Made by a program: the position numbers and the translations under genes. A stretch of 64,000 bases of DNA from Mobula hypostoma (Eukaryota). The stretch is from contig NC_086108.1 in the NCBI RefSeq assembly GCF_963921235.1, forward strand, positions 53,384,001-53,448,000, read 5' to 3'. This document shows, one piece after another, positions 41,883 to 57,200 of the stretch; within the stretch, counting starts at the first letter, position 1, and every line of letters starts with the position of its first letter. The notes beneath the pieces are model-generated. The model had not been told where the DNA came from, did no database searches, and was given only the letters and a program-made list of their open reading frames with translations.

Positions 41883-42016
41883 TGTCCTGTCCTGACGAAG
41901 GGTCTCGGCCTGAAACGTCGACTGCGCCTCTTCCTAGAGATGCTGCTTGGCCTGCTGCGTTCACCAGCAACTTTGTATGTTGCTTGAATTTCCAGCATCT
42001 GCAGAATTCCTGTTGT
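41883..42016 (+). mobile_element. Short Penelope-type repeat insertion with intact hammerhead core
   Basis: 13-bp TSD taacctccatttc (41870-41882 and 42017-42029); same family as 19526-19625. Confidence 0.85.
41889..41922 (+). ncRNA. Minimal type I hammerhead ribozyme motif (Penelope-associated)
   Basis: gtc-CTGACGA-agg gtctcgg cct-GAAA-cGTC-gac: stem I gtc/gac, conserved core, short stem II, palindromic ACGT stem III. Predicted cleavage after C41919. Activity is not shown. Confidence 0.7.
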
Positions 42017-45000
42017 TAACCTCCATTTCAGCTTTTTTGAACTCTTCCACCGCAAGTCAGCCTTGGTTGGTCTGATCTTTGGCCTTTTCAATCTCTCTCT
42101 CCAAAGAATGCCCTTGTTGTTCTTCATACAAGTCAAACTGAGCAAGAGTGAGGTTTAGTTGTTTTCTCTTCAGACTAAGAAACAAGAGCAGGTTCTTAAC
42201 TCTAAGAATCCAGGACACTGTCTTCCTCAAATGGAACCAGGACGAAAAGTGATGGATTATACGTGTTACTGCATCCATCTTCTTTTCAATCTTCATGGCA
42301 TTCATTGCAACACTTCTGTTGACATCCAGATCATCTAGCAGGAGTTCTGCAGAACAATCGGGATTCACAGGCCATTCACTTTCAGGCTGAAGAAGATACT
42401 GAGTCCCTGACACCCAATGTCCTACTCTTCAGGAACGCTTTCACCGTCAACCCTCTAGAGGTCACATCTGATGGGTTGCTTGAAGTATTTACATACTTCC
42501 ATTGAGATGCCTATGAACCTTAAGAAGTTCTGAAACTCCGTTTGCAACAAAGGTTCAGAATATGGATGTTTAATTCTTGATATACTTCAGCACAGAAGTA
42601 CTATCAGTCCAAAAAACTGAGTCATGAAGCTGTATGTGCAACTCCTTCCTGCACAATGTGTTCATAGGCCTTGCCATTGTAACCAGCAGTAAGCTCCATA
42701 CGAGGGATGGAAACTGACTTCAATGGAGCCACCCTAGATTTTCCCATTATAAAAGCACTGTGCACCTGAGAGCATGAGTTATGCAACAGTAGGTAGGTCA
42801 CTGCTCCATAGCCATCTGTAAAGTGGTTTTACTGTGCAGCAGCAACTTCTCCAAAATCCAAGGGCTTCAAACATCTAACAGCTTTGAAGTCTTCCAACTG
42901 GTAGAGTTCTTTCAGCCAGCTTGTCCACTCATAAGCAAGTGATGTTGATATAATGTCATCCTAGCCTAACCCTTTCTTGCATCTATTTTGTAGAATCTTC
43001 TTAGTAGATAGCACCATTGGACACAAGATTTATTAAGATCATTGATGGAACCAACTGTAGAGGGGATCTGGTGAGTGGTCTAGCTGGGACCGTGATCCTA
43101 AACTTGAAAGTATCAGACTCAATGCACCATTGCACACCCAGTACTCTCACCATAGAAGATGTACCTTGACCCAAATCCAAATCTTTCATGTCTTTCGTCC
43201 TTTGCTCTTCTGGTATCACTATGTCTGTTGATTATCCACTTTGTGAATTAAAAGCCGCCTTTAGCACAAATGGATACAAGGTCATGAGAGAGAGGGAGAT
43301 ACACCTCTTCTTTTGCAGAGGACACTGACACGAGGCAGTCATCAACATAGAGGCAATGCAAAACCTTATCCACCACCTCGCAGTTGAATATTCCTTCGTT
43401 GTCCTCTGTGCATTTCCTAGGGGCAAAGGTGGCGCAGCTCAGTGATGAAATTGCTTCAAAGAAATGTACCACTATTCTAAAATCCACCATATCGTGGCTA
43501 AGGTCAACATTAGGCCACCACAGAAACCTCAGCAGATCTGCATCTTCCACTGGTACTTAACCTGATGAAACATTGTTTCAATATCTGCCATTATCACCAG
43601 TGGTTCTTTTCTGAATCTGGTTAAGACTCCTATCAGTGAGCTGGTAAGAACCAGTCTGAACTGAGCATTAAGAGGTAGTCCCTGAAAAATCGCTCCACAA
43701 TCAAACACAACACAAAGTTTCTTTTTTCCAGGGTGATAAACACCATGATGTGGAATATACTAGACTTTCCCATTACTACGTTCCAGATCCTCTGCTGGCA
43801 CTCTTTCAACATAACCGTTGGAGATAATATCCTTCTTGAAAGCTGTTTAGTCAGTGTAAAATGACAAAGCCTTCATTAGATATAGAGTATGCTGTTCTTC
43901 AATTTTCCTGATATTTGGCATGTTTACGTGCTTTTTTCTTAAAAGTAAACTAATCTGGTAGTGACCATTGACCAATTTTGCAGAATTCGTAACTAACTCC
44001 AAAAACTTGTGGTCTTCTCTTGACAAACCAGGTTGTTCATCTTGATTGAATTCAGCGAACTCTGTCTTGAATTGCCACTGCCAAAGTTCATGTAAGTTAA
44101 CTGTCAGCTCAGGCTGTACACAGTCTCTCCTATCACCATTGTTTCCTTTTAGTTGTCCATGACTCTTACTGCATAAGCTCCATTATTAATGCTGTGAATT
44201 ACTTGCAACAGGACCAGTGCTTCAGACATATTCATCCCTATCAGCAACTCAATTTCTGAATCAATTTCTGGCAAATGGACGTTTCCCTGGAGATCCCCCT
44301 TATCATGGAATGTTCCCTTTGCGGACGGGCATACTTTTCTGTGTATAGATGTTGGATAATTCACAATAGTTTTTACCATCTAAGTCAGCGACTTCCACTT
44401 AAACAATGTAGCTGTCATGACCTCCTCTTGATTCGTGGTGCATGAGAGAATGTGTGTCCTTTTTCCTTTGAGTTTGAGCTTGAGCTTGTTCCTAAGGCCC
44501 ACTATACAGAGCATTGCTGTACTCCCTTGATTTAGGAAAGCATCTGTAACCACTTTCTTGTTACCCTTAGACTTCATTTGTACTGGAATTATGGGAAGTT
44601 TACAATGATCGTAAGATCATTAGATACCAGGGTCTCGGTGTGATTCTTTCACGGCTTGTTTAGATTCTGCACCCTTTCATAAGAGTGAATATAAAGTATG
44701 CTGGGATGCTTGCCACTGCATACCTTACATGAAAGGCATTTCCTGCAATCCTTGCTGATGTGTTCTGTACACACACAGCTAAAGCAGACACCATTTCCCT
44801 CTAGAAAGGCAATCTTCTCACTATGAGCCATTTTCTGCAGCTGAGGGAACGTGTGTCCACCCTCACAGAACAGACAAACACTTTGGCTGACAAGGCCATG
44901 TCCCTTCCATTAGCTCCTGGTTCAGTTTTAGCTTTACTTCTCACAGCAGCCACGTTTTGGCAAAGCTGCTTCCTTTATAGCTTTAGAACAAAGCTGTGAG

Positions 45001-48000
45001 TTTTGTTCACATCTTTGCTCATTGCCAGTGATGTAGCTAGCATCCTGTATATTCCCAAACACCAGGTCTGTAGCAATCTTTATTTGCCTTTCAATAAAAT
45101 CAACAATGTCAGTGAAAGTAGTCTTATGGATATGCCTTTCTTACAGTTCACAGACCACTGTTCTCCATTCATCCCTAGGCATACAGGGCAATTTCTGTAC
45201 GGCAGTTGACATATTCAGCTCACGTATGTGCTGCACTTCTTCCATGGCATTGCAACAGCCACTCAGAGATCGTAGTCTTGAAGAGCTTTCGTGTATTCAG
45301 ATTCGTTAGGTACCCTAAAAAGAACCTTTTGCATGTAGATGGAGGCAGTTTTCTGTTCCTTACCAAAATGTTCCTGTAAAGCCAAAGCCTTTACATATGT
45401 TTTCTTCCGGTCAACATGCTGGCAACTTCTGACAAGTTCACTAGGGCGACCCCTAGTGTACTGTTCAAGGAAACAGTAAATCACTATAGCTATCAGTCTT
45501 GCCTTCAACACTGTTTTCAAAAGCCTTTATGAATGCATGATACTGCAGTGATCACCATCAAAGATTTGTATCTCTCTTTTAAGCAAAGATGAAATGTATT
45601 GTTGTTGTGCCAATAAGATTGTAATTTCACTTTGCTTCCCCATAATGTCAGTAATATTATTTTGATCCCTCTTGTCTGAAACAAGAGTGTTTCCATGCTG
45701 TAAGCCCTTCAAGCTGTGAGATATGATATAGGTTCAGAGTCCCTCATAAGTGCAGGCTGAGAGTAAACACCCTGAACTACCTCACGAGTGTCTTGTTCAT
45801 GCATCCCAAACATTTGAGGAACAAATAAATCAACACTGAGATTGGAGTGTTTTTTGCTTTTCTCTCTGCCTTTCCAATATAGGAACTCATACCATAGGAC
45901 TGCCCTGCTGGAGCACTTTTAACACTTGCTATACTTGAAGCCCCCAGTCTACAACTTTGGTCATCTGTGCAACTATTTCTTCCTGCAACTTAGTCTGATC
46001 CTTCCTTTTCCATACATGTTCCTCTTGCTTTCTAGCACATGTTTGTCCTTCAATAATCGTTGACGTGAGATCAATGTAGCTAAATCAGCCTTTATTTTAA
46101 TGCGTGCAGAGGAGGTATTAGACATAGAAGATGTTCTTCCTGCAGCAGAATTTCAAGCACTGACATTTGACACATTGTCTTGTGGGACTACATTATCCTG
46201 TGGGTCCTCTGATATATGCGTAGTCAAAACATGCCTTGGAACGTACAAAACATCATATAATGGAAGGTGAGACACATATTCTCTTGTTGCAACAACATGA
46301 CCTTCATTGTAATATGTTTGGGTCAACCATTGTTTCATATCCTCAGTGAATACATAACTAAGGCTATCAATGTTTGAAAAACATCTATTTTGTTTTCTCT
46401 GTTTATCCTTGGGAAGTAATGAGATTTGTATGTGATATTGCTTATCAACAGCTTCATAGAGATTAGTTAAGTCCTCAAGATAAGATTGCACTTTGTAAGA
46501 CATTTTCCTTATTTTCCATAAGGTCCTTAATTGATGGTATTATACTTTTAGTTTTGTTAACATTTCTTTTATACTTATTTTGAAGACTTTCGATTCTACC
46601 CACTGAAGCTTTCAAAGTTAAATTTCTCTTTTGATCCCGAATTCAAGGTCGCTGATGTCAGTTCCATACTTCAATTCACTTGTGTTACTTTCTCCTTTTT
46701 GTGCCACTTACAATTAACTCCTTGTTTGCCTGCAATAAGTTCGCATAATGCATTGGCGATATTCCATTCGGTAAATGTAGGCAACGAACAAACTGTCCGT
46801 GCAGCCACAAGTGCTTAAACCAGACAAAGCAAACAATGTTTAGTTCAAACATCAGTAAGAGGAAGAATATTTCAGCATTTCAGTGAAACGAAGCAACGGA
46901 CCCTCAAGCAAACACCACACAATTGAGCAACGGTCCCCAATGGATGGGCAGCGCTGACCACTCAAATTGTGTTCAAACCACAAATACACAGCATGAGTCA
47001 ACAAAAGGTCGTGGACAATCCCACCACAAACTGCTGTTTCAATTTCACCAACAGTTCCGAGGAAGTCCTTTGCTGTAAACTCGTGTTTGTTTGGTATAAC
47101 TATATTTTTGTTGATGAAGTGTAGCGGTTCCTTGAAATTAAATCAAAACCGCTGAGAGACTATAGGAGTTGACACTGTATGATGCGCTTCTAAGTAAATA
47201 AATTCCAATTCTTAAAAAAAAGTTTGATCCTTTATTACAAAGCCAGCAAAGATGAATGATCTTATAGTGATTTTTAAAAAAAGTAACAAAACTAAATTAG
47301 TGATATACTGAAATTAACAGAATAAGCGTTCCAGTTAGTGTAACTAAGTGAAGATCATAAAATAGCATAATTAGGGTCAACAAAAAAAAAATCATCCCCC
47401 AACTCACTGCCCCTCAACTAGACTGACTGACTAACCAAGACAAAGCGTGACTATGTAATTATACTCACACCCGACCCGCGTGACAAATTACCCATAATGA
47501 TGTGTGCAACACAAATTACAATATAGACAGACAGAAAATACACTTCCTACACACCTTCGATATCGTCATCCAAGTCACCTATATAACAAATGTAGAAAAT
47601 TCAGCACAGCAGCGTTTGCTTTAGCAGAGCGCTCATTACATGTTGCCAACCCACAAAAGATCCATTTATGCCACTTTCCTTTTACTGTTCTATAAACCTT
47701 ATATGCATGCCAATGTGTTAGATGTACATAATGAGCTTATATTTTTCATAATAACCTTAATGCAGCACCTTATCATAGGCCTTTTGGAAATCTGAGTGCA
47801 GTACATTGGTGTTTTTTTTCTTTTATCCACAGCACATATTAGTTACTTCTCCACAGAACTCCAATAAATTTATCAAACAAAATATTTTTATGAAAAGTAA
47901 ATCTTGTTTTACCTGATTATTTCACATTTTAAGTGTCCTTAAGAACTTGAAGGGAGAATATCTAATTCTTCCGAACTTGAGCACAGACCTAGTTAAGTTA

Positions 48001-48149
48001 TTCTTTCCCCATGAAGAGAAGAGAATGTAGGATCTGTAAAATGGAGGGTAGGAAAATGTGACCTGCAGATCAGCCTGGCATGTTTTCTACTTCCAAGGGG
48101 TATATTAATAAATTGTTTTGTTGTCACATGTACTGAGATACAGTGGAAA

Positions 48150-48380
48150 AACTACAGAGACAAATACAGTGAAGAAGTATAGTCGAGATAGCTGTGAGAG
48201 TTGGTATGTTTATGAAACGTATTGGTAGACAGTTTTTTCCCAGAGATTGAGTCAGAGAGATTGAAACAGGGTAGAGAGGTGTCAAAAATGGATGTAGTAA
48301 ATTTAGAGGCAGGGTGAAAGCTGGAGGCAAAGTTGATTAAATTGACAAGCTCAGCATGGATGCAAGAAGCAGTGCCAATT
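48150..48380 (-). mobile_element. Penelope-like RT fragment
   Basis: ELVNLINFASSFHPASKFTTSI...SLPCFNLS...LSTNTFHKHTNSHSYLDYTSS resembles the PLE RT C-terminal region (FH..L.FT, LPFLD, KPT....YL.Y.S). Confidence 0.7.
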
Positions 48381-49171
48381 TGGTTGTTGATGCAGCACTG
48401 AACGGGTTGGAGTGTTACCAGTGAAAGCTTGGAACATGGACTCTGGAATTTTGTATGTGTTACCCTAGATTTCCAGCATCTAAAGAATATCTTGTGTTTA
48501 TGATTTCCTGTCTGATCCTTGCTTTCTAACCCCGAAGTAAGCTTCTTTCTTTCACTTGACAAGATGTTCCACATCTCTTGTCAGCCATGGTTCATTCACC
48601 CTACTATCTTTTCCCTGCCTCAGTTGGACAAACCTATCCAGAACCCTGTGCAAATGTTCCTTAAAGCTCCCCATTTGTGTTGTGCAGTTTCCTGAGTACA
48701 TCCATTCCCAATTTAAGCATTATTTATGCCTAATAGTATAATAATTCTCCCTTCTCCAATTAAATACTTTCTCATACTGTCTGCTTCTAACCCACTCCAA
48801 TGCAATGTAAAGGTCAGGAAGCTGTAACACACACAAAATGCTGGAGGAACTCATTAAGGTTGGGCAACATCTTTGGACAGTTTTGAAGAAGAAGGGTCTC
48901 GGCCCAAAATGTTGATGGTATATTCCTCTCCCTGTGTGTACTCTGGATTTCCAGCATTTGCAGAATCTCTTGTGTTTATGGCCAGTTCTGGTATTGAGAA
49001 AGTATGGAAACAGAAACAATATTAACACTTCAGGTCAAGGGAACTTCAGAAGAATTGGGGAAAGGGAGAAAAGAAACAAAGTTCTAGAGAGAATGGGAGA
49101 AGAGATGGATAAGTTACTGATAAAGGGCAGTTGATTAGAAGAATGCTAGCAAGAGAGGACATATTGAAATA

Positions 49172-49365
49172 ATTAGTCCTGACGAAGGGTCTCGGCCTGA
49201 AACGTCGATTGCACCTCTTCCTACAGAAGTTAGTCCTGACGAAGGGTCTTGGCCTGAAACGTCGATTGCACCTCTTCCTACAGATGCTGCTTGGCCTGCT
49301 GTGTTCACCAGCAACTTTGATGTATGTTGCTTGAATTTCCAGCATCTGCAGAATTCCTGTTGTTT
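49172..49365 (+). mobile_element. Penelope-type repeat insertion with a tandemly duplicated hammerhead
   Basis: 13-bp TSD acatattgaaata (49159-49171 and 49366-49378); internal 57-bp tandem duplication starting at 49173 and 49230. Confidence 0.88.
49175..49267 (+). ncRNA. Tandem pair of minimal type I hammerhead ribozyme motifs
   Basis: agtc-CTGACGA-agggtct(c/t)ggcct-GAAA-cGTC-gatt occurs twice, with cores at 49179 and 49236 and predicted cleavage after 49206 and 49263. Confidence 0.7.
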
Positions 49366-50669
49366 ACATATTGAAATATATGTTTTCATTGAAGTTGAAA
49401 AATAACAACTTCATTTACCAATAAGTGGGCTTGTGGAAATGACTTTAGAGTTCTGCTTAAGTTTCTTAATATAAATGAAAGCAAGACAGAAATCAAGGTA
49501 ATCTTTTATGATAATTAATAAGTCTAATAGCTCTTGTTTTTCTAGTCCTCTTATATTGGATTTAAAGCTCACTACATCAATAATTTTAAATTACATTTTG
49601 ATGCAATAAAATCAGAGTCATTGTCTTGTACAAATTTCATTGGCTTCTTGAACTCAGTTATTTTATTTTACTAAAGAATAGTGTCCTATTCAACTTTAAA
49701 TAATTGTTTAGCTGGATGCAAGCAATTTAAGTGTCACAACAGTAAAGTAACCTTGCTCCTTCCGATGTTCCACAAACAAGAGAAAATCTGCAGATGCTGG
49801 AAATCAAAGTAATACACACAAAATGCTGGAGGAACTCAGCAGGCCAGGCAGCATCTGTGGAAAAGATTAAACAGTTGACCGAGACACCTTCATCAGTATT
49901 ACTTCTTCTGATGTTCCTTGTCATTAGAAGTACCATTTTAGGCCTGACATACATTTTGGTTATATTATTGGAGGCTTACTGGCTGGAATTCTCAAAACCA
50001 TAAAAGCAACTTTGAACAGTGAATTTGTATTTTTCCATCTGGAAAAAAAATCTGAATTATAGATGGAACAGATTTAGCAACTAAATTCAATATTTAATGT
50101 AATTATTCTGAAAGGCTAATTAAAAAGGTGTTCAAATCGAACACACACAACTTCTATGTAGGTGAAACTGATCAAAAATTACTAGTTTAATTTAATTGTT
50201 CCACCTTTTTTCCCCCTTTAAAGTTGGGAAGGACCCATGCATGCCATTTAAAGATCATGGTACTTCTTAAGGGGTATTAGAATTCTGATATTTCATAGTC
50301 AATTACCTGCATGGAATTAGGCCAATCAGTTTTTTTATTGTTCGCCATCAAGAGTAATTTATCACCCTGATGGAAATGGGTTCCAAATGTAAGAGTTATG
50401 GATGATGGATAACTATGTGTGAGTTATTAAGGAAACAAATGTCTTTTCTCTCACAGGGCACACCTGCGAATGAGACTGTGACCTCCTGTCAGATATTCAC
50501 CTAGATAAGAAAAAAGTAGAAACAACCCCTCCTTTTTCTTCAGATCAACAATATGCAGAAACTGTTCAAAATATGCTCATTTAGAATTTGATAGCAGATC
50601 CGCTTTTTTTAATAAACCAACATCCATGAATTTCTATTTTTCATGGATTGTACCTTGTCTATGTGGCAT

Positions 50670-53600
50670 ACAGAAAATTTCTGGAAATTAAAAAAAGTCC
50701 TGAGAGGTTCTGTAGATATATTAAGAAGGAAAAGGTGGTTAGGGAGAGAGTAAGTACTCTTAGAGATTATCAGGGCCACCTTGGTCTTGATTCACAGGAG
50801 ACAGGTGGGATTTTTAACAAATATTTCTCCTTTATGTTTGCAAATGAGAAATTCATGGTTGTGCAGGCAAACAAGTGGGAATGTTTCAGAGGACATTCAT
50901 ATTACCAGGGAGGATGTATTTGAAGCCCTAGAGTGCATTAAGGTGAATAAATCCCCAGCTCCTGACTGTGTGCATCCTCAAACTTTGTGGAAGGCTGGAG
51001 AAGAAATAGCAGATACCCTTGAGATACCCTTCATCATTATCCATCAATGAAGTTCCCAAAGTCTGGAAGGTGGCTAATGTTATTCTGTTGTTAGAGAAAC
51101 AAGAACAAGCTAGAGAACTACAAGCTGGTCAGCCTGACATAATTGGTGGGAAAGTCAGTGTAGGGAATTCTGAAGGACTTGGACCTACCTACATTGGATA
51201 TATGGGTTTGATTAGGAGGAGTCAGTGTTGTTTTGGGCATAGAAAGTTGTGTTTGATGAATCCTTTGAGTTTGTGAAGCAGTAACTAAAGATTGGATGAG
51301 GTAATGTTGTTGTCCATTTGGACTTTTAGAAGGTCTTCAAGGTCCCACGTGGCAGGCTTTTCTGGAAGGTTAGGTGCTGTGGAATCCATGGAAAGCCAGT
51401 TAGATGGATTCAAGATTGGTTTAGTGGTAGAAAGCAGAGGATGATGTTGTAAGTTATTTCTGGACATGAAAGCCGATGTCTAGTGAGGTACCACAGCAGT
51501 CGGTGTTGGGATGCTTACTATTCATTATTCATATAAGTGATTTGGACATGAATTCAGAAGGCTTGATCAAAATCAGAGTAAATTTATTATCAAAGTATAT
51601 GTATGTTACCATGAACTACCTTGAGATTCATTTTCTTACAAACTTTTACAGAGAAATAAAGAAATACAATATAATTTATGAAAAGTTATGTATAAAGATT
51701 GACAAGCAACCAATGTGCAAAAGAAGATAAATCATATAAACATAAAAGTAAGTAATACTGCAGACATGAGTTATGAAGTCTGTAGTTGTGAAATTAGTTC
51801 AGAGCCGTGGTGAGTGAGGTTATCCATTTTGATTCAGGAGTCTGATTGTTGTAGTATAATAACTGTTCCTGAACCTGGCAGTGTGGACCTATGGCTGTTG
51901 TACCTCCTGCCCGATGGTAGTAGTGAGAAGAGCATCTGACTTGTGTGGTAGGGGTCTTTGTTAGATTTGCTTCCTTGTGGCAGTGTCTGATGTTGGTCAG
52001 GGCTTTTCCTGTGATGGACTGGGCTGTATCCACCACTTTCTGGAGACCTTTACATTTCTAGGCATTGATGTTTCCATACCACAGAAGTTTGTTAAAGTTT
52101 TAGGTAACATGCCAAATATACACAAAACCCCTGGAAAAATTAGAGGTGCTATTGTGTCTTCTGTGTGATTGCACTTATGTTCTGGTCCCAGGACAGATCC
52201 TCTGATATGATAAAGCCAAGGAATTTAACATTATCGACCCTCTCCACCTCCGATTCTCTAATTGAAATGTAAATGCAACTTTGCTGGATCAAATAACGAC
52301 AGCACAAAAAGATCGTTACTTTTCACCCGTTTATTTCTTCGAGCTCAGCCGGCAAGTGAACTTAGACCCGACATCAGGGAGAGACCCTTTCTCATCTCCC
52401 CGGCAGTTCTACAAGTTCACTGCCCAATATCAGAATTGTCAGAAGTTATAAGGCCACCGATACAAAAGAATAATCAGTTTGATAACCATTCCGGTCAAGT
52501 CAATGGACTATTGATACAGAGAACAATCAGTTTGATAACTGATTGTTATCAAATCAGTCAGAGCATTGAGGATAGGAGTTGGGTCATTATGTTGCAGTTG
52601 TAAAAATCATTGGTGAGGCTATGCTTGAGAGTGCTCTGTACAGTTCTGGTGACTCTGTTATAGGAAAGATGTGATTAAGTTGGAAAGAGTTGCAGAAAAT
52701 ATTTATGAGATTATTGCCAAGACTTACATGGCCTGAATTGTAGAAGAGATTGGCCAAACAAGTTTGGTCTTTATTTCTTGGATCATAGGAGAATAACCGG
52801 TGATGTTATGAAAAATTTTAGAATTATGAGGACGTAAAGTGGATGTTAAATGTTTTTTCTTCGGCATACAGGAGCCTAAAATCAGGGTGCATTGATTGCT
52901 ATAATGAGGAATTGGGGATGTAAAAAAATCGTTTTGAACCTATGTAACCTCTGGTTAAAAGAATAATTGGAACTGAATAGGAATGTTTAAAACCAGCTTA
53001 TACTATTTCTCCTTTGGTTTGCAGAGAGACATTGAGAGTTTAATAACATTGTACATTGTACTCTTGTTTGAGTAGGAGAACGAGGACTTACCGATAAGGA
53101 CAGGAATGAATATCCATCTGTAATTAAGTCAGGGCCTAGCAAAGGGAATAACTAATAAGTGCTGGACAGCACATCCATCTGTAATTAAGCCTTGATCTAG
53201 CAGACTCTCTTATCTGTAACTAAGTTTCTTACCAACAGACTTGGTGGGCATATCAGTTCAAATGACATCTTGCAACAGTAATGTATGGGGCTTACTATGT
53301 ATAAATATACGGCTGTAACCGGAGAGAGTGGGCCCACTTGTCGGATGGTGGCAGTACTTACATGCCTTCCCTCTGACAACTGGGTCTCAAACTCCTGTGG
53401 GAGGGTGTGCAATAAACTGATGTAACTATAAGAAGCTGGTCTCCCGAGTTTTATTCAGATTCTACTCTAACAGTAGGGTGAGAGGGGAAAGATTTAAAAG
53501 GGACCGGAATGTAACCTTTTCGCGCAAAGGGTGGTGAGAATATGGACTGAGCTGCCAGAGGAAGTAGTTGATGCAAGTAAAATAGTACCATTTAAGAAGC

Positions 53601-53740
53601 ACTTGGATAATTATATGGAGGGGCAGGGATAGGCGGAATATGGGCCAAATGTAGGAAACTGGGACCAGGTGAGTGGACAATGTGATTGGCGTGGATGGTT
53701 GGACCAAAGAGCCTGTATCTGTGCTTTATTGCTCTTTGAC
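50670..53740 (+). mobile_element. Old CR1 LINE remnant with nested insertions
   Basis: Frameshifted ORF2 pieces (KSPAPDCVHP, WKVANV, SEVPQQSVLG). Interrupted by a minus-strand LINE fragment at ~51570-52260 and an LTR-like insert. Confidence 0.7.
52897..53472 (+). mobile_element. Probable solo LTR
   Basis: TG...TAACA ends, TATA-like tataaata (~53320), AATAAA (53411), duplicated atccatctgtaattaag (53112 and 53173); interrupts CR1. No TSD seen. Confidence 0.55.
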
Positions 53741-54859
53741 TTTGACCTAATTAAGACTTTTTTGGGATATTAACAATATTTTTAGCATAAGGGCCGTGTA
53801 AATTTGGACTAAGTGCTATCCATATTTTTGAAGTAATTTATAATGACCATAAACTAGCCAATAGATCTAAACGATGGTTCTGTTAACCTCAGTGATCTGG
53901 TATGATGATAGTTACTCATCCCAAATCATTCTTTGCTCTCTACTTTTCAAGTCTGCATGAATCTATCTCAGTAATTTGTTACCTGCCTCCTGAAATCGTC
54001 ATTGTAATATGGTTTACTTTTATCCATCAACTTTAACTTCCTCAAATAAATCTGCTAAATTAATCAAACTTGGCCCTTCTTTCTGAAATCATACTGGCCT
54101 TTTAGAATCAAACAAAGGCAATCTAGATGATTTTTATGTGATTTCTTAATTTCAAACACATAAATGAAACCATTTGTGAGAAATAAGTGTCTTGTGCACT
54201 AAGTTCTTGAATGAAATTTGTTATTGTCTTTCTTAGAAATTATTTATTTAAATATAAATAATTTCTGTCAGGCACAATGCCATAACTGTTAAACAGAAGT
54301 GTGGGTCATGCAGGAACTGTGTAACACAATCGACTCCTGGTAAGAATGCCTGCTGCTGTTTATGCCAGCAATCATTTCTAGTCCATTGTAATAATATTTT
54401 CATTCTTAATGTTTGGTAATTTGAGCATGCTTTGGTATTATCTTTAAGAGCTCTCATGTGTTCAGCCTCATTTGAGACCTCTTGAGAAAATTACTAATTG
54501 ATACATTTACTAGTTGCTCTTACATTAAAATACAGCCACTCACCAAATTTTAAAATGCAAATCTTAGAATCCAGTTACATCAAAATATTCTTTAAGTAGA
54601 CATTTGTATATTCGTGATAAATGAGGGAAATGCTTATTCCTGGCAGTACGTTTGTTTGCAACAGAAAACCTTCATAGCAGTTTCATAATTGTTGAGTTGG
54701 GATGTGAATGTGAAACGAAGCACTGGAGAAGTTAGAACAGCATGTTAAACCTACAGCGTGGCAATTTAAAATGCATGAAATCGGAGGGCCATAAAAAGGA
54801 TTGACTGCTAACCTCAACACCCTCTAACTTTTCGTGGCTGTGAATGAATTATTCTGCAC

Positions 54860-57200
<2,341 letters not shown>

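Larger units (their letters stand above)
40723..47551 (-). mobile_element. BEL/Pao LTR retrotransposon, both LTRs present, coding region decayed
   Basis: LTRs 40723-41170 and 47120-47551 (tgtagc...ctaca, clearly homologous). Gag Cys-His knuckles (44649-44831), RT LRFLWW...YVDD (43248-43550), VLGVQW..ESDTF (43001-43219), post-integrase LTPNHLL and FW.WW.KEYL..LQ..QKW (41201-41517). Confidence 0.92.

Noticed and set aside
48826..48978. Further hammerhead candidates in older Penelope-type repeats (also ~21745-21780 and ~49870-49895)
   Set aside because: Core residues are altered (e.g. ttgaagaagaa...ccAAAATGTT), so they were treated as decayed repeats only.
49173..49290. CRISPR-like direct repeats
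   Set aside because: Only two adjacent units with no unique spacers, in a eukaryotic context; explained by a Penelope repeat duplication.
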